64,000 bases of DNA. Origin: a virus. This document shows positions 38,279 to 48,989 of the stretch, piece by piece (the first letter of the stretch is position 1; every line of letters begins with the position of its first letter). The stretch spans positions 21,017-85,016 of IMG/VR virus record IMGVR_UViG_3300036826_000357. The stretch is one strand, 5' to 3'. A program made the position numbers and the translations under genes. The notes below the pieces were generated by a model. That model ran no database searches, was not told the DNA's origin, and saw nothing but the letters and a program-made list of their open reading frames with translations.

Positions 38279-41200
38279 TTACCCCCTCCCCCCCGCGCGC
38301 CGCGTGATTCCCGGCAACGCCTGCTTCACCTGTGCACTGAACCCACTACTCGCCGACCGACCATACAGCTTCGCCTCTGCCATCGACTTCGGCTGCGGCA
38401 TGACAATCGTCGGCTGGAAAATAAACGTGGGCTCATGCGCTCCCCCATTACGCGGTACCGGCCGATCCAATCCCAACAATCGCCGACCCCGTGGACTCTC
38501 TAGCGGAATGATAACTTCAGGCTTGTTCCCCTCTCCTGCACGAATGATCGAATCCCGCAGAATAATCCCACCTTCCGCCGCTGCTGCCGTCGTCCGATGC
38601 CGTTTTCCCGGCCTCGGCGGGATGTTCAGACTCTTCGAGAAACCCTCCAGGTAATCCTCGATCGACTGCAACGTCTCCAACTGCGCCTGTGCCAAGAAGG
38701 CTTGTAACGAGGACGGATCGTTAATCAGCGCATCGATATCGGTTCCCGGCGGAACGATTGCCTTCAACTGCTCGCGAAGATTGCCGATTTGCGCCTGCAT
38801 CAACGGCACCGCCTTATCAGACCAAATCTTCAACTGTGCGGCCAATTTCTGGTTCACTTCATCGATCTTTTCGGCTTGCGCTTTGGCAATCGCCCGGTCG
38901 GCATCATCAAGTGGCTTCCGCTTGTCATCGATAATCTGCTGCGCATCAGCCAAATCACGGAGCCGCTTCGTATGCCCCTCGATCTTCTCGTTGTCTTCCT
39001 TGATCTTCTTCTGATAGCCCTTGATTTCCTCCTGAATTCCCTTGGCTTCCTCATCGATGCTCTTAATATCGGCAAGTATTTTCGTGCGCTCGTCCTCTGC
39101 TGCCTGCGCCGTTTCGAGCACCCCTTCGATGGCTGCAAGCGATTGCTGCCGGAGCCGGGTCAAATCCCGGGAGCCTACGGAGTAGAGTTTCTGGCCTTGC
39201 TCGACTGCCAATCCAGCCAGCCGCTGCACTTCCGCCCCAGCAGTTGCTTTCTTTTGCAGATCGGTCTCGCCCTGGAACTGCGCGACGGCTTCCCCGAGCT
39301 TCTGCCGGGTCTGTGCCAGTTCCGCGAAGCCGCCTCCCTTGATTGTGCCGGTGAGCGACTCCTTCATCTGCTTCAGACCATCAGTCAGGTCTGCCAGCGG
39401 ACTAATGTCACTCAGCCGATCCTGTAGCTTCGATCGCCGATCAGCTAGCTCATCGAGCTTATCCTGCCGTGTCTCGATTTCCTTCTGATTCTTATCGATA
39501 TCATCCTGTAGATCGCGAATGGCACGCTGCTCAATCCGAGATTCCCGCTCGATAGCTTCGGTATACGCATCCAACACATCCCGTTGCCGCTGAATGGCAT
39601 CGTGATATGCCTGCGCCTGCTCATTGATGTCCTGAATCGTTGCCTGCGCCTGTGCCTGCAACAACTGCAATTGCCGATTCACCAACTCCAACTGCGCGCC
39701 GGCACTCGATCCAGCCGTGACCAGATCGTTGTATTTCTTCTCGTTGTCGTCCAAGAACGACTGGTATTTCTGCCCGGTATCCGTCGCACCAGTCAGTCCA
39801 TCAATCGTCTCGAACATCTGAATCTGGAAGTCTTGGAGCCCGCGCTCTGCCTGCCGAATCTGATCCACCAGATCACTGACGGTCTTCGCCCATGCTTCCG
39901 TGGCCTGCTTGAGCGCCTCCATCTGGTCTTTCGCTTCATCAAGTGCCTCCTGCTTCCTCTTCGTCTTCTTCAGCTTTGGCACTTCCTCCTGAAGCTGATC
40001 CAGCCGCTTGCGAGCACGCGCCGCGTCTTCCGTGGCCTGCTTCGCCTGCACAACTGATGTCGTCCCGGTCAATTGACCGACAATCATTTCCCGCGTCCGC
40101 ACGACATCGCGCTCCTGATCGAGCAGTGTCGTGGCCAATGCCGTTCGCCGCTCCCGCCGTGCCCGCGCCTTCTTCCCGCCACCACGCTTCGTCTGGACTC
40201 GATCCACGTAGTCTTCGAGATTCGTCAAGAAGTCTGCGGGAAGCTCCGTAACGTCAAGCCCACGCGCTTCCACCAGCGTCTTCACCGTCATGGCTTTCCG
40301 GACTTCTTTCGATATCTCCTTCACGGTAATATTCGGGTCGTTTTTCCGTAGCTGATCCACCAATGCGGCGACAGCCTTCGGATCACCCGTTGCCTTCCCA
40401 AAAGCGGCCACAATTTTGAGTACCCGATCACCGAGTCGATTCGCCTCCTTCGTGGTAAACTCGGCACCATCCTCGATCGCCTGGAGCACCGCATCGCGGG
40501 TCTGCTTGCGAACTTCGGGCATATTCACGCCGCCCCGTTTGTTCACATTCGCAGCAAAGATGGCTCCCAGATCCACGCCGGCAATATCGAATGCTGCCCC
40601 GAACTGTTGATACCCTATACGTCGCTTGGCGAGCACTGCTTCCGGCCGGTCTTTATCGCCCTTCCCCTTCATCTTGGCGACGGCAGCCTCGTAGGCATTC
40701 GCCTGGTTCAGCACGTTATAGATGGTACCGAACTGCAACCTCGTGAGATTCCGAATCGCTTTATTAACCGCTTCCTGATCTGCTCCACGGCGCGCGAGGA
40801 CATTGAAAATCATGTTCTCGAAATTGCCCGCTAAATCCGGTCTGCGGAGTGCCACCGGCCCCATCGATGCAACTGTCGCACGCCCGAACAGCCCAATGGC
40901 TCCCCCACCCGCCATATCGACCCGTGCCTTCGCTTCCCGGCCGGTGATGTATTGCCCCTTATCCACCCCCGTCTTAATCCGTACCCGAGTCGGCACGCCT
41001 GCGCCTTTGTAATCGCCCATGGATGGCGTGACATTGGCACCCATAATGGTGCTGAGCCGTTCAGCGAACTGCTCCTTCAATAGTTCCCGAATATCCGGCT
41101 TCGGTGCAGTCGCACTGATGATCGCGCCAATAATCGCCAGCACCGCCGCGATGACCCAGCCAATAACCGGCACAATCCAAATCGCCGCCGCGACCGCGAA

Positions 41201-44200
41201 CAATCCCGCTGCTGCACCAATTGCCGCCCCGGCTTTGCCTTGTGACGTTTTTGCCTCGATGGCCCCCTTGATCCCCAGCCCCAACCCAGCGAGACCGCCA
41301 ACAACACCCACCGCTCCCAGAGCAGACCCAGCCGCCGACCCCCCTGCCGCTCCCGCAGCAGCAGCACCGCCCTGCGCCGCTGCTTGCCCAGCCGCCGCAG
41401 CTGTCGGTGCCGCAATCACGCCCACCGCTTGCCCAATTGCCTGCGCAGCTGCTTTGACGGCGACCACTAAAGAATCGAGCACCGGCCCAATCACCGGAAT
41501 CTTGCCGAAAATACCGGCTGCGCCCGCTATTCCCCCTCCCTGACCTGAGAAACCCAACGCATTCAGAAGCAGGTTGGCCCCTAAGTTCCCTGGCGTCGCA
41601 GACAACCCCGAGATACCCGGACCGACCTGCGACAGCACACCAAGCTCGGACAGGAAATTGCCAAGACCTTGCACACCACCGAGTATGCCGAGTGCAGCAC
41701 CGCCGGTATCGAGAAGTCCACCCTTCCCTTTCATCAGGGTGAAGACTCCCCCGACGATACTCAGCAATGGCCCGGCGATCTTGATAACGGTCTGGATTCC
41801 ACTGAAAAGCTTATCTAATCCAAGACCCTTGAATCCGTTCTGAATCCCCTCCGAAACAGCACTCCCGAACAGCTTTTCATCAACGAAACTGGCCGTCCCG
41901 AGAACACCCGGTACCCTTGCCGCCCCCGCGAGAACTCCGCCACCACCAGTCCGCTGAGCAACGGCTGCCGCACCACCACCACCACCACCGAACAGACTCG
42001 ACACCAACGTCGCGACCCCACCGAGTGCACCGACAATCGATCCCCCACCCGATCCACTGAGTAGCTTCAGGAATCCCGCTGCGAAGCCGATCAGCTTCTC
42101 GAACACCGACTTCCCCGTCGAAATAAGAAAGTCGAAGAAGCTGCCCCAGCCACCCTGCGCTTCCGTACCGGCATCACTGACTGCCTGCGCCGCCTTCTCG
42201 GCAGTCGGTCCGACCGTCTCCAATGCCTCCGCAGCTTGCTTCACTGCCGGCTCGACCGTCAGAATAGTCTTGCCGGCCGCGTCGGTACTCGACTTTACGA
42301 CCCCAACAATGTTCGTGAAGGTCTCTTTCGTATCTTCTTGGATGAGACCCAACGCAACGCCGAACTGATGGACGAGACCTTTCTGGTCGGTGAAGAGGTT
42401 TTTGGAAATAATCCCTTCAAAATCGAGCTTGTTCTTGATCGTGGTGGAGAAAATGCTCTTCAGGATACCGATCCCGGAGTCGGCAAACTTCTTCAGCGTG
42501 TCCTTCGACTTCCCGAAATCGAACAATCCCTCGGTAATCAGATCACCAAATGCATCCTCGATCTGCCGGCCAACCTCCGCCGTCTCCTTCCCCAACTCCT
42601 TCACATGGTCGAGTTGGGCATCGAGCACCGGAATCCCAGCCTGAAGAATCGCCAGCCGCTTCTGATCCTGCTCGACGGCAAACTTCGTCTGCTCCACCAG
42701 TGCCGGAGCAATAGTCCCCGCCCTGAGATCCTCTTGCGTGCGCGCAATCGAATTCTGCAACGCCTGGATATCGATCTGTAACGCCGCCTTCTTCAACTCG
42801 ATGATGCGCCGCTGAATATCTTGCCGCTGCGTGATCGAATGCTCTTCCTCCAGCCCAAGCTGAAGAATCTCAACGGCATTCCCAATCTGCGTCTTCGTGA
42901 GATCGGCGGTTTGCTGCTCCGCTTGCGCTGCCTGTGTCCGGACCCGAGCAGCCTCCTGATACCGGCTCTGAAGGATGGCATTCTGATCGGCGGCTGCCGT
43001 ATTGGTCTGTAAATCAACGGCCAGTGCCTGCCGCTTCAGTCGCAGTTGCTGATCCAGCTTCTCCACTTCGGGCTGCTGACCCAATGCCGCCGCCTGTGCC
43101 CGGAGGTTTTCCAATGACTTGATCTCGTTCTGAAGTTTCTCCCTTCCCAAATCCCGCAGATTCGCTTCGAGCCCCTGAATCCGCTTCATTACATCTTCGC
43201 GCTGTTCCTGTGTCTGGACATTCTGTAGCTGAATCTGCGCATCAGCGATGGATTGCCTCACTCCCGCTGCACGAACATCAACTTCACCCTGCGTAACTGC
43301 CAATGTCTTGTCGGCTGCGTCTTTGATGTCGTTGTATTTCGCCAGTGATTGATCGAGTAGGCCCACTTCGACGGTCTTTGCCTGGTTCGTACTGACCTGT
43401 GTCTGGAGTCGGCTCTGCTCCGCACGCAACCGGGTCTCTTCCCGATCCAATGCCTCCGGATCAATGGGTGGCGGCTGTAATCCCTCCAACGGTAACCGTG
43501 CGAGTGCCTCCCGCTTCTGACGAATATTCTCCAATGCCTCCGCTATCTTCACTAACCGTGGTGCTGCATCCGTGCCGATCTTCTGCGTCGCTTCGTCAGT
43601 CTTCCGCTGAATCGTCCCAATCGCCCCGGCAATGCGCTCCGTGCGTGTCCCAAATGCCGCGATCCGCGCATCGAGATCTGCCGCCGAATCCTGCAATTCC
43701 AGCCGCAACCCACGCGCCTGCTGAATCGCGTCCCGCACACCGTCATTGAATTTCCGGAAATCGAGTCCCAACGCATCCCGCGTGACTTTGGAAATCGTCT
43801 GGCCGAGATAGCCAAACTCCACGTTCATCTCTCCGGTCGATTGGGCGGTCTCCTTCTGCTGCAAGTTGACTTCATTGAGTACCAGCAGCCACGTCTTGAG
43901 ACCTTCCTCCGTCCGCATCCCGGAATCACGCATTTCCCGATTGTGCGCCGTAGCGAGCTTCGCAGATTCCACGAATTCCTTTCCAAGAATCCGCGACACT
44001 TCCATCGTCGCCACACCCAACAACTTCTGATGCTCCGCTAACCGCGCATTCGATTCCCCCCAATCCGCCTGCACTTCAACTAACTGCCTCTCCTCCTCCT
44101 GAAGTGCCGTCAACTGACTCTGCAATTCCGCGATGTGCTGATCGATGACTTGGACCTGATTTCCGACAACCTCCGGGCCAAGACCAATCGCGATCTGCCG

Positions 44201-45847
44201 AGTCTGCGATGCCTTATCCAACTCCACCTGCAACTGCTCGATTGCCTGCCGGATCTGCTCCAACCGTGGCGTGCCACGCTGTAACTCTGCGAACCATTCC
44301 GTCACTGCCGACGTGTTTTCCCGTGCCTTGTCCGCAAGAGCAGTTGCAGCCCGCTCGAATGGGCCACCAATCACGCCCGCTGCATTGCGGGTACTCGCCC
44401 ATAACCGCTCCATTGCCACACCAAGTGTTGTCGAGCGGATATTGGCAGCGGTCTGTGCTTCATTGTTCCGGCCCATACTCTTCGTCAGTTCATCAACCTT
44501 CTCCCGATTATCAATCAGTGCCTGTACGACCTGCGCAGACTGCTGCCCACCAAACCTCGCCTGAATCTCGATGAGCGATAGATGCTCATTCGCGAGATTC
44601 TCCAAGGCTTTCGAGAGACCCACGACAGCGGGATTCGTCTCCTGCGATCCCGACTGCAATCCCTGGAAGAACTGCTGCAATCCCGTAGAGAATCGCCGCA
44701 GCGGAATATGCTGCAATGATAATGTCGTCAGAATCGCCGATGTCTCTTCGAGTGAAAGCCCAGCATTCCCGGCTATACTCCCGACTTGCTCTAACCGCCG
44801 ACCAAATTCAGGCAATGAACTGGTACCAGCCTGCACACTCGCTGCCAGAACGTCGGTCACATGTCCCGCTTCCTTTGAAGACAACGAGAACTGACCGAGT
44901 GCAGCCGTCATGACATGCACCGCAGTCGGGATATCCTGACCCGTCGCCTCCGCAAGGACGACGGCGTGATGCGTGACTTCCTTCAGCGCATCGACATTCT
45001 TGAGTAACTCGGGCCGTGCAACAGCGACTTCCTCGAATCCCTTAACGACTTCCTCGAAACTCCGTCCGGTCTCATCCGAGAATTCGATCGCCGCAACCTT
45101 CAGATCACCAAGCAAATCCGCCGTGGCATTCGTCTGAATCTGCAAATTCTTCAGGGCAGTATCGAAGTCGGCTGCCACCTTCGTCGCAAAGGTCAGCGCA
45201 GAAATGACCGTCGGAACCACAGCGGCCAGACTGCCCAACGCAACTTGGAATATACCCGCCGTTTCCGCTGCCGCTGAAATCCCCTTCGTCAGATTCGCCA
45301 ATCCCCGAATTGCCTCTCCTTTGGTCACTGCCTCCAGAGACACACCAATGTTGGCGAATGCCTTCCCAACGGAATTCCCTGCTGCCTGCGAGAACCGCGC
45401 AAAATCGGTAATCGCCCGCGACGCCTGTGCCAACGCCTGCGCCGTCACAACCGACTGCGGAACGGCTGCTGCACGAGCCGCTGTCCGAGACAACTGCTCC
45501 GCAATCCCACTCGGAGCCGTCAATCCCTTCGATTTATTCGCGATGTTGGTAATAGTCTTCGTCGCTTGTGCTTCGAGTGTCTTTAACTCACGTTGCCCTT
45601 GCTGTGATGCCTCCCGCAGCTTGTTCACGATGGAATTGCGCGTCGCCGTCATGTTCTGATCGACGCTGGTTTTCATCTTGCCAGTGATCTGCGTCAATTG
45701 CGCAAAATTCTGCTGGAACTGCGTTTGCAGTTGCTTGACTGACGTCCCGAGATTGCTGGCGAGCTTCTCGACGGTCTTCAGCGCCGCCGATGCGTCTTCC
45801 TTCGCCCGGATGACAATGGCTAATTCTGCCGTAGCAGCCGCTGCCAT
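38279..45847 (-). CDS. tail tape measure protein (2522 aa)
   Basis: TP901-type core, long coiled coils, Gly/Ala TM region, AEGGI..AGE..PEVIIPL motif. Confidence 0.95.
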   Translation of the reverse strand: MAAAATAELAIVIRAKEDASAALKTVEKLASNLGTSVKQLQTQFQQNFAQLTQITGKMKTSVDQNMTATRNSIVNKLREASQQGQRELKTLEAQATKTITNIANKSKGLTAPSGIAEQLSRTAARAAAVPQSVVTAQALAQASRAITDFARFSQAAGNSVGKAFANIGVSLEAVTKGEAIRGLANLTKGISAAAETAGIFQVALGSLAAVVPTVISALTFATKVAADFDTALKNLQIQTNATADLLGDLKVAAIEFSDETGRSFEEVVKGFEEVAVARPELLKNVDALKEVTHHAVVLAEATGQDIPTAVHVMTAALGQFSLSSKEAGHVTDVLAASVQAGTSSLPEFGRRLEQVGSIAGNAGLSLEETSAILTTLSLQHIPLRRFSTGLQQFFQGLQSGSQETNPAVVGLSKALENLANEHLSLIEIQARFGGQQSAQVVQALIDNREKVDELTKSMGRNNEAQTAANIRSTTLGVAMERLWASTRNAAGVIGGPFERAATALADKARENTSAVTEWFAELQRGTPRLEQIRQAIEQLQVELDKASQTRQIAIGLGPEVVGNQVQVIDQHIAELQSQLTALQEEERQLVEVQADWGESNARLAEHQKLLGVATMEVSRILGKEFVESAKLATAHNREMRDSGMRTEEGLKTWLLVLNEVNLQQKETAQSTGEMNVEFGYLGQTISKVTRDALGLDFRKFNDGVRDAIQQARGLRLELQDSAADLDARIAAFGTRTERIAGAIGTIQRKTDEATQKIGTDAAPRLVKIAEALENIRQKREALARLPLEGLQPPPIDPEALDREETRLRAEQSRLQTQVSTNQAKTVEVGLLDQSLAKYNDIKDAADKTLAVTQGEVDVRAAGVRQSIADAQIQLQNVQTQEQREDVMKRIQGLEANLRDLGREKLQNEIKSLENLRAQAAALGQQPEVEKLDQQLRLKRQALAVDLQTNTAAADQNAILQSRYQEAARVRTQAAQAEQQTADLTKTQIGNAVEILQLGLEEEHSITQRQDIQRRIIELKKAALQIDIQALQNSIARTQEDLRAGTIAPALVEQTKFAVEQDQKRLAILQAGIPVLDAQLDHVKELGKETAEVGRQIEDAFGDLITEGLFDFGKSKDTLKKFADSGIGILKSIFSTTIKNKLDFEGIISKNLFTDQKGLVHQFGVALGLIQEDTKETFTNIVGVVKSSTDAAGKTILTVEPAVKQAAEALETVGPTAEKAAQAVSDAGTEAQGGWGSFFDFLISTGKSVFEKLIGFAAGFLKLLSGSGGGSIVGALGGVATLVSSLFGGGGGGAAAVAQRTGGGGVLAGAARVPGVLGTASFVDEKLFGSAVSEGIQNGFKGLGLDKLFSGIQTVIKIAGPLLSIVGGVFTLMKGKGGLLDTGGAALGILGGVQGLGNFLSELGVLSQVGPGISGLSATPGNLGANLLLNALGFSGQGGGIAGAAGIFGKIPVIGPVLDSLVVAVKAAAQAIGQAVGVIAAPTAAAAGQAAAQGGAAAAGAAGGSAAGSALGAVGVVGGLAGLGLGIKGAIEAKTSQGKAGAAIGAAAGLFAVAAAIWIVPVIGWVIAAVLAIIGAIISATAPKPDIRELLKEQFAERLSTIMGANVTPSMGDYKGAGVPTRVRIKTGVDKGQYITGREAKARVDMAGGGAIGLFGRATVASMGPVALRRPDLAGNFENMIFNVLARRGADQEAVNKAIRNLTRLQFGTIYNVLNQANAYEAAVAKMKGKGDKDRPEAVLAKRRIGYQQFGAAFDIAGVDLGAIFAANVNKRGGVNMPEVRKQTRDAVLQAIEDGAEFTTKEANRLGDRVLKIVAAFGKATGDPKAVAALVDQLRKNDPNITVKEISKEVRKAMTVKTLVEARGLDVTELPADFLTNLEDYVDRVQTKRGGGKKARARRERRTALATTLLDQERDVVRTREMIVGQLTGTTSVVQAKQATEDAARARKRLDQLQEEVPKLKKTKRKQEALDEAKDQMEALKQATEAWAKTVSDLVDQIRQAERGLQDFQIQMFETIDGLTGATDTGQKYQSFLDDNEKKYNDLVTAGSSAGAQLELVNRQLQLLQAQAQATIQDINEQAQAYHDAIQRQRDVLDAYTEAIERESRIEQRAIRDLQDDIDKNQKEIETRQDKLDELADRRSKLQDRLSDISPLADLTDGLKQMKESLTGTIKGGGFAELAQTRQKLGEAVAQFQGETDLQKKATAGAEVQRLAGLAVEQGQKLYSVGSRDLTRLRQQSLAAIEGVLETAQAAEDERTKILADIKSIDEEAKGIQEEIKGYQKKIKEDNEKIEGHTKRLRDLADAQQIIDDKRKPLDDADRAIAKAQAEKIDEVNQKLAAQLKIWSDKAVPLMQAQIGNLREQLKAIVPPGTDIDALINDPSSLQAFLAQAQLETLQSIEDYLEGFSKSLNIPPRPGKRHRTTAAAAEGGIILRDSIIRAGEGNKPEVIIPLESPRGRRLLGLDRPVPRNGGAHEPTFIFQPTIVMPQPKSMAEAKLYGRSASSGFSAQVKQALPGITRRAGGRG

Positions 45848-46186
45848 CTACCCGATCTTCCCTGGTGCCCGGGAGCGCTTTTCCAGATGGTCACGCTCGA
45901 CCTTGGCAAACTCCGCACCGATCACTTGCATCGCGCGGACGTACTTATAGGGCTGGGCGGAGATTCCGCCCTCGTAATACAGAAACCCCTGCTTGTAGTG
46001 CGAGTAGAGGCCGATCAACTCGTGAGTGCCAGGATCGATATTGCGCAGGGGACATCCGTAACAGTCCCGTCCTTCATACATGTATGAGGGAATCTGCGGG
46101 AATCGAGTGCACTCACATTCATTGGGATTTACGCAGCTACGGTCCCAATATCCGCTGACCCAGATTGCGAATTCGAGGGCTTTTCT
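45848..46186 (-). CDS. tail assembly chaperone, frameshifted (GT-like) extension
   Basis: -1 frame open from AGAAAAG (46180-46186) through ORF 45848-46081; CP..GFL..GGI..QP motif. Confidence 0.7.
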   Translation of the reverse strand, partial: RKALEFAIWVSGYWDRSCVNPNECECTRFPQIPSYMYEGRDCYGCPLRNIDPGTHELIGLYSHYKQGFLYYEGGISAQPYKYVRAMQVIGAEFAKVERDHLEKRSRAPGKIG

Positions 46187-46575
46187 TTCGCTTCCCCCAA
46201 GTCGCTGTCACCTAAAATGGCCTGTGCCAGTTCGCGACGCCATGCCGGCTTGAGGTACGACAGGAACTTCATCTTGTTGTTCTTGTCCCGACCCTCGGGT
46301 ACCTGTAGCTCCGTCCCATCCTCGTCACGGAAATTCTCGCAGCGAATCAACCCCTCGCACAGAATGGTCGATTCCTGACTGCCAGATAACACGATGGTCC
46401 GCTGATCGTCGGTCTTCGGATCCCCGCGAAACTCCACGAGACCATCCTGCGACCGCACGTAGGCATCGTAGCGGAGCAACTTGAAAAACCACCGCGTCTG
46501 CTGATCCACCGGCAATTCCCGGTCTTCCTTCAGCAAAAACACCCGCTCCTTCTCCGGATTCAACCCAATTGCCAT
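46129..46575 (-). CDS. tail assembly chaperone (G-like)
   Basis: between tail tube and TMP; ATG 46575. Confidence 0.8.
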   Translation of the reverse strand: MAIGLNPEKERVFLLKEDRELPVDQQTRWFFKLLRYDAYVRSQDGLVEFRGDPKTDDQRTIVLSGSQESTILCEGLIRCENFRDEDGTELQVPEGRDKNNKMKFLSYLKPAWRRELAQAILGDSDLGEAKEKPSNSQSGSADIGTVAA

Positions 46576-46595
46576 CCCATCATCCCCTTCTTCGT

Positions 46596-46877
46596 TTAAC
46601 CATGCCCACACATCACCAAGCGATGTGACGATGATTCATTTCGCCGTAGGCGCTTTTCCTCTACGGTCAACCCGCCGGGGTTTCCCCATCGTTTCCAGCC
46701 ACCTCGCCGCATATTCTCTCGGGCTTCGGGAGAAACCGGCACACCCGCCCGATGATCGTTTTTCCGCCCAGCGTAAAAGCACGCTTTGGAACAGAAGAAC
46801 CGATCCTCACGCCGTGCCTCACACGGCTTGACGAGAAACGGATCGTCACATTGCCGACAGTTCAGCCAAACTCTCAT
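46596..46877 (-). pseudogene. N-terminal remnant of an HNH/NUMOD homing-endonuclease-like gene
   Basis: CRQC..F..FCSKAC zinc motif and NUMOD3-like segment; no HNH core. Confidence 0.5.
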
Positions 46878-46897
46878 AAGTATGCGAAAAGATTGAA

Positions 46898-47965
46898 CTA
46901 ACTGTATGTAAATACCACCTCGTCATCGCCAGCATCAGTTGCTGCAACGCAACTGAATGGCAATTCCATGGTCAAGACACCGTTCCGATCACCATACGAC
47001 GGTAGACGGAATTTCGCCTTCGGGACGTTGACCGTTATCACTTGTCCCGGCTGTGTAGTCTGATCGCCGATCACGACAGTTAACGCGCCGGTTGTACCGT
47101 TCTGCCACCGGAGCCACCAGTCAGTTGGCGACGATGCCGTTCGAGCGATCATTTCCGGATTACACGTTCCCTGCGGATTCCGGCTCCCGAGAATCGATCC
47201 AATGACACCCGTGGTCTGCTGCATGTCCGGCCGATACGTGACCTGGTTGTTCATGTTGACCGTCACCGACTGCAACGTCAGGCTGGTTGACGCTGATCCG
47301 TGCAACACCACCGTCGTCGCGCTGCCGTACTTCAAGACCGGCAACGGGAAGAGCGACTGATCCAAGAATCCCGGTGTCGGCATGGTCACTTCCACGAAGC
47401 CACCGGAGTTCGCCGTCGCGACGGCATCGTAGACTCCCGTAAACGTCCACTCCTGCCGGCCAAACTGCCCCGACTCCATGATGGTGTTCACGTTGCCACG
47501 ACACCCACGAATCCGGTGCAACATGCCATCGAGGTTGGCGTAGATCGTACAGGTTTGCAGGTTGCTCGATACCGGCTTGTAAATCACCGACGAGCTATTC
47601 GCGGCATAGGTCGGTGAGAATGCACAGGCCCGCATGAGCGGATCCTGCCGCAACATGTTGGTCGATGTGTTGTCGAATACCGCCGTGGACCGGCCACGCA
47701 ACTCGGTGGTAAACGCAATCTCACACCAGCGATTGCCGACAACGTGTCCTTGCGGCGAGAGAGTCGACAGAACTATGTTCCGATCGATTTCCTCAGCCTG
47801 CGGGGTAACCGTCAGTGCGGAGACAAGGACCGCGTTAACCAACGCTGCCGCCGTATACGAAGCACCAGGCGTCCCGCCGGTATCGATAGAATCGGTACCT
47901 TCCGTCGCCTCGACCTTCGCGAGAATGAGTGCGCGGCTAGTGAGCTTCAACCCTGTCTGTGGCAT
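46898..47965 (-). CDS. major tail tube protein
   Basis: ILAKVE..GTD, GCRGN and YGDRNG motifs; position before the chaperones. Confidence 0.85.
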   Translation of the reverse strand: MPQTGLKLTSRALILAKVEATEGTDSIDTGGTPGASYTAAALVNAVLVSALTVTPQAEEIDRNIVLSTLSPQGHVVGNRWCEIAFTTELRGRSTAVFDNTSTNMLRQDPLMRACAFSPTYAANSSSVIYKPVSSNLQTCTIYANLDGMLHRIRGCRGNVNTIMESGQFGRQEWTFTGVYDAVATANSGGFVEVTMPTPGFLDQSLFPLPVLKYGSATTVVLHGSASTSLTLQSVTVNMNNQVTYRPDMQQTTGVIGSILGSRNPQGTCNPEMIARTASSPTDWWLRWQNGTTGALTVVIGDQTTQPGQVITVNVPKAKFRLPSYGDRNGVLTMELPFSCVAATDAGDDEVVFTYS

Positions 47966-48989
47966 GTATGCCTTCCCCCTGTTCGATTTCCCTGAGCACC
48001 GCCATCAACCGCCGCCCCGCCTTCAACCAGGAAAAGCCTTGAGCATGCCGCCAGGCGCGAAGACCAATGCGTTTCGCCTCGGCCCAATGCCGCATCACCC
48101 ACTCCATCTTCCGCACTAAATCATCTACCCGAGCCACGTCCACTGTGACAAGCAAAGCCTGGTTCTTCTGCACTAGCTCCGGGTCTTTACTCTCCTGTGC
48201 TGACAGTTCATCCATGGCAAGAAGCGGCTGACGCTCAGACCGAATTGGGATACAAACGGAATCGTTGGCAAATGCTGTGATTCCGGTATTCAAGATCGTC
48301 AAACACGGCAGCCCGGTTGCCATCGCTTCGAGCAATGGTAATCCCCATCCCTCTCCACAACTCGGAAAGACAAATGCATCCGCTTCCGCGTATAACGCGA
48401 CCATACCGTCGTCATTGAGCAGCCGGGAATCGACAATCACATTCGCTCCTTGCACCACATCCCGCCGCTGATCCGTAGTCTTCAAATACAACTCGCAGTC
48501 GTCTCGATTGATAAATCCACCTTCCTCCCACGCCGCCAGAACTTCCTTCCAGCCCTTCCGCAGATTATGGGCACCACACCAGAACCATCGGAATGGCTTA
48601 TGACGAGGACGCGGGCGATTGACTCCAACGAATTTGTCCGTATTCACTCCCAACGGCGAAACATAGATTGGAGTCTCGCAGACTTCTCGAAATACCTGCG
48701 CGTTCCATTCCGTTGGCGTAATCACCGCATCTGCCTGCTCAAGAGACTCTGGGAAATACCCGGGCATGGTCTCATTCTCATACATCGTGAACAGGCAATT
48801 GATTTTCCCGAACCAGGGGAAGAATCGACGCGGCATCTGCATGTGTACCGCCAGCTTCGCTTTCCGACTCTCCACCGCGCCGGCTGCTTGCAACGCCGCT
48901 CGTAAGCACCAGTTGGCGCGGGTGTAGCCGACAGCGTTGCCAGACATCGCTGTCTGCTCGATCACCCAGATGTAGCTCAGCGGGTCCAT
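47937..48989 (-). CDS. glycosyltransferase, GT-B/GT4 family
   Basis: RKG..; ADAFVFPSCGEGWGLPLLEAMATGLP. Confidence 0.92.
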   Translation of the reverse strand: MDPLSYIWVIEQTAMSGNAVGYTRANWCLRAALQAAGAVESRKAKLAVHMQMPRRFFPWFGKINCLFTMYENETMPGYFPESLEQADAVITPTEWNAQVFREVCETPIYVSPLGVNTDKFVGVNRPRPRHKPFRWFWCGAHNLRKGWKEVLAAWEEGGFINRDDCELYLKTTDQRRDVVQGANVIVDSRLLNDDGMVALYAEADAFVFPSCGEGWGLPLLEAMATGLPCLTILNTGITAFANDSVCIPIRSERQPLLAMDELSAQESKDPELVQKNQALLVTVDVARVDDLVRKMEWVMRHWAEAKRIGLRAWRHAQGFSWLKAGRRLMAVLREIEQGEGIHATDRVEAH

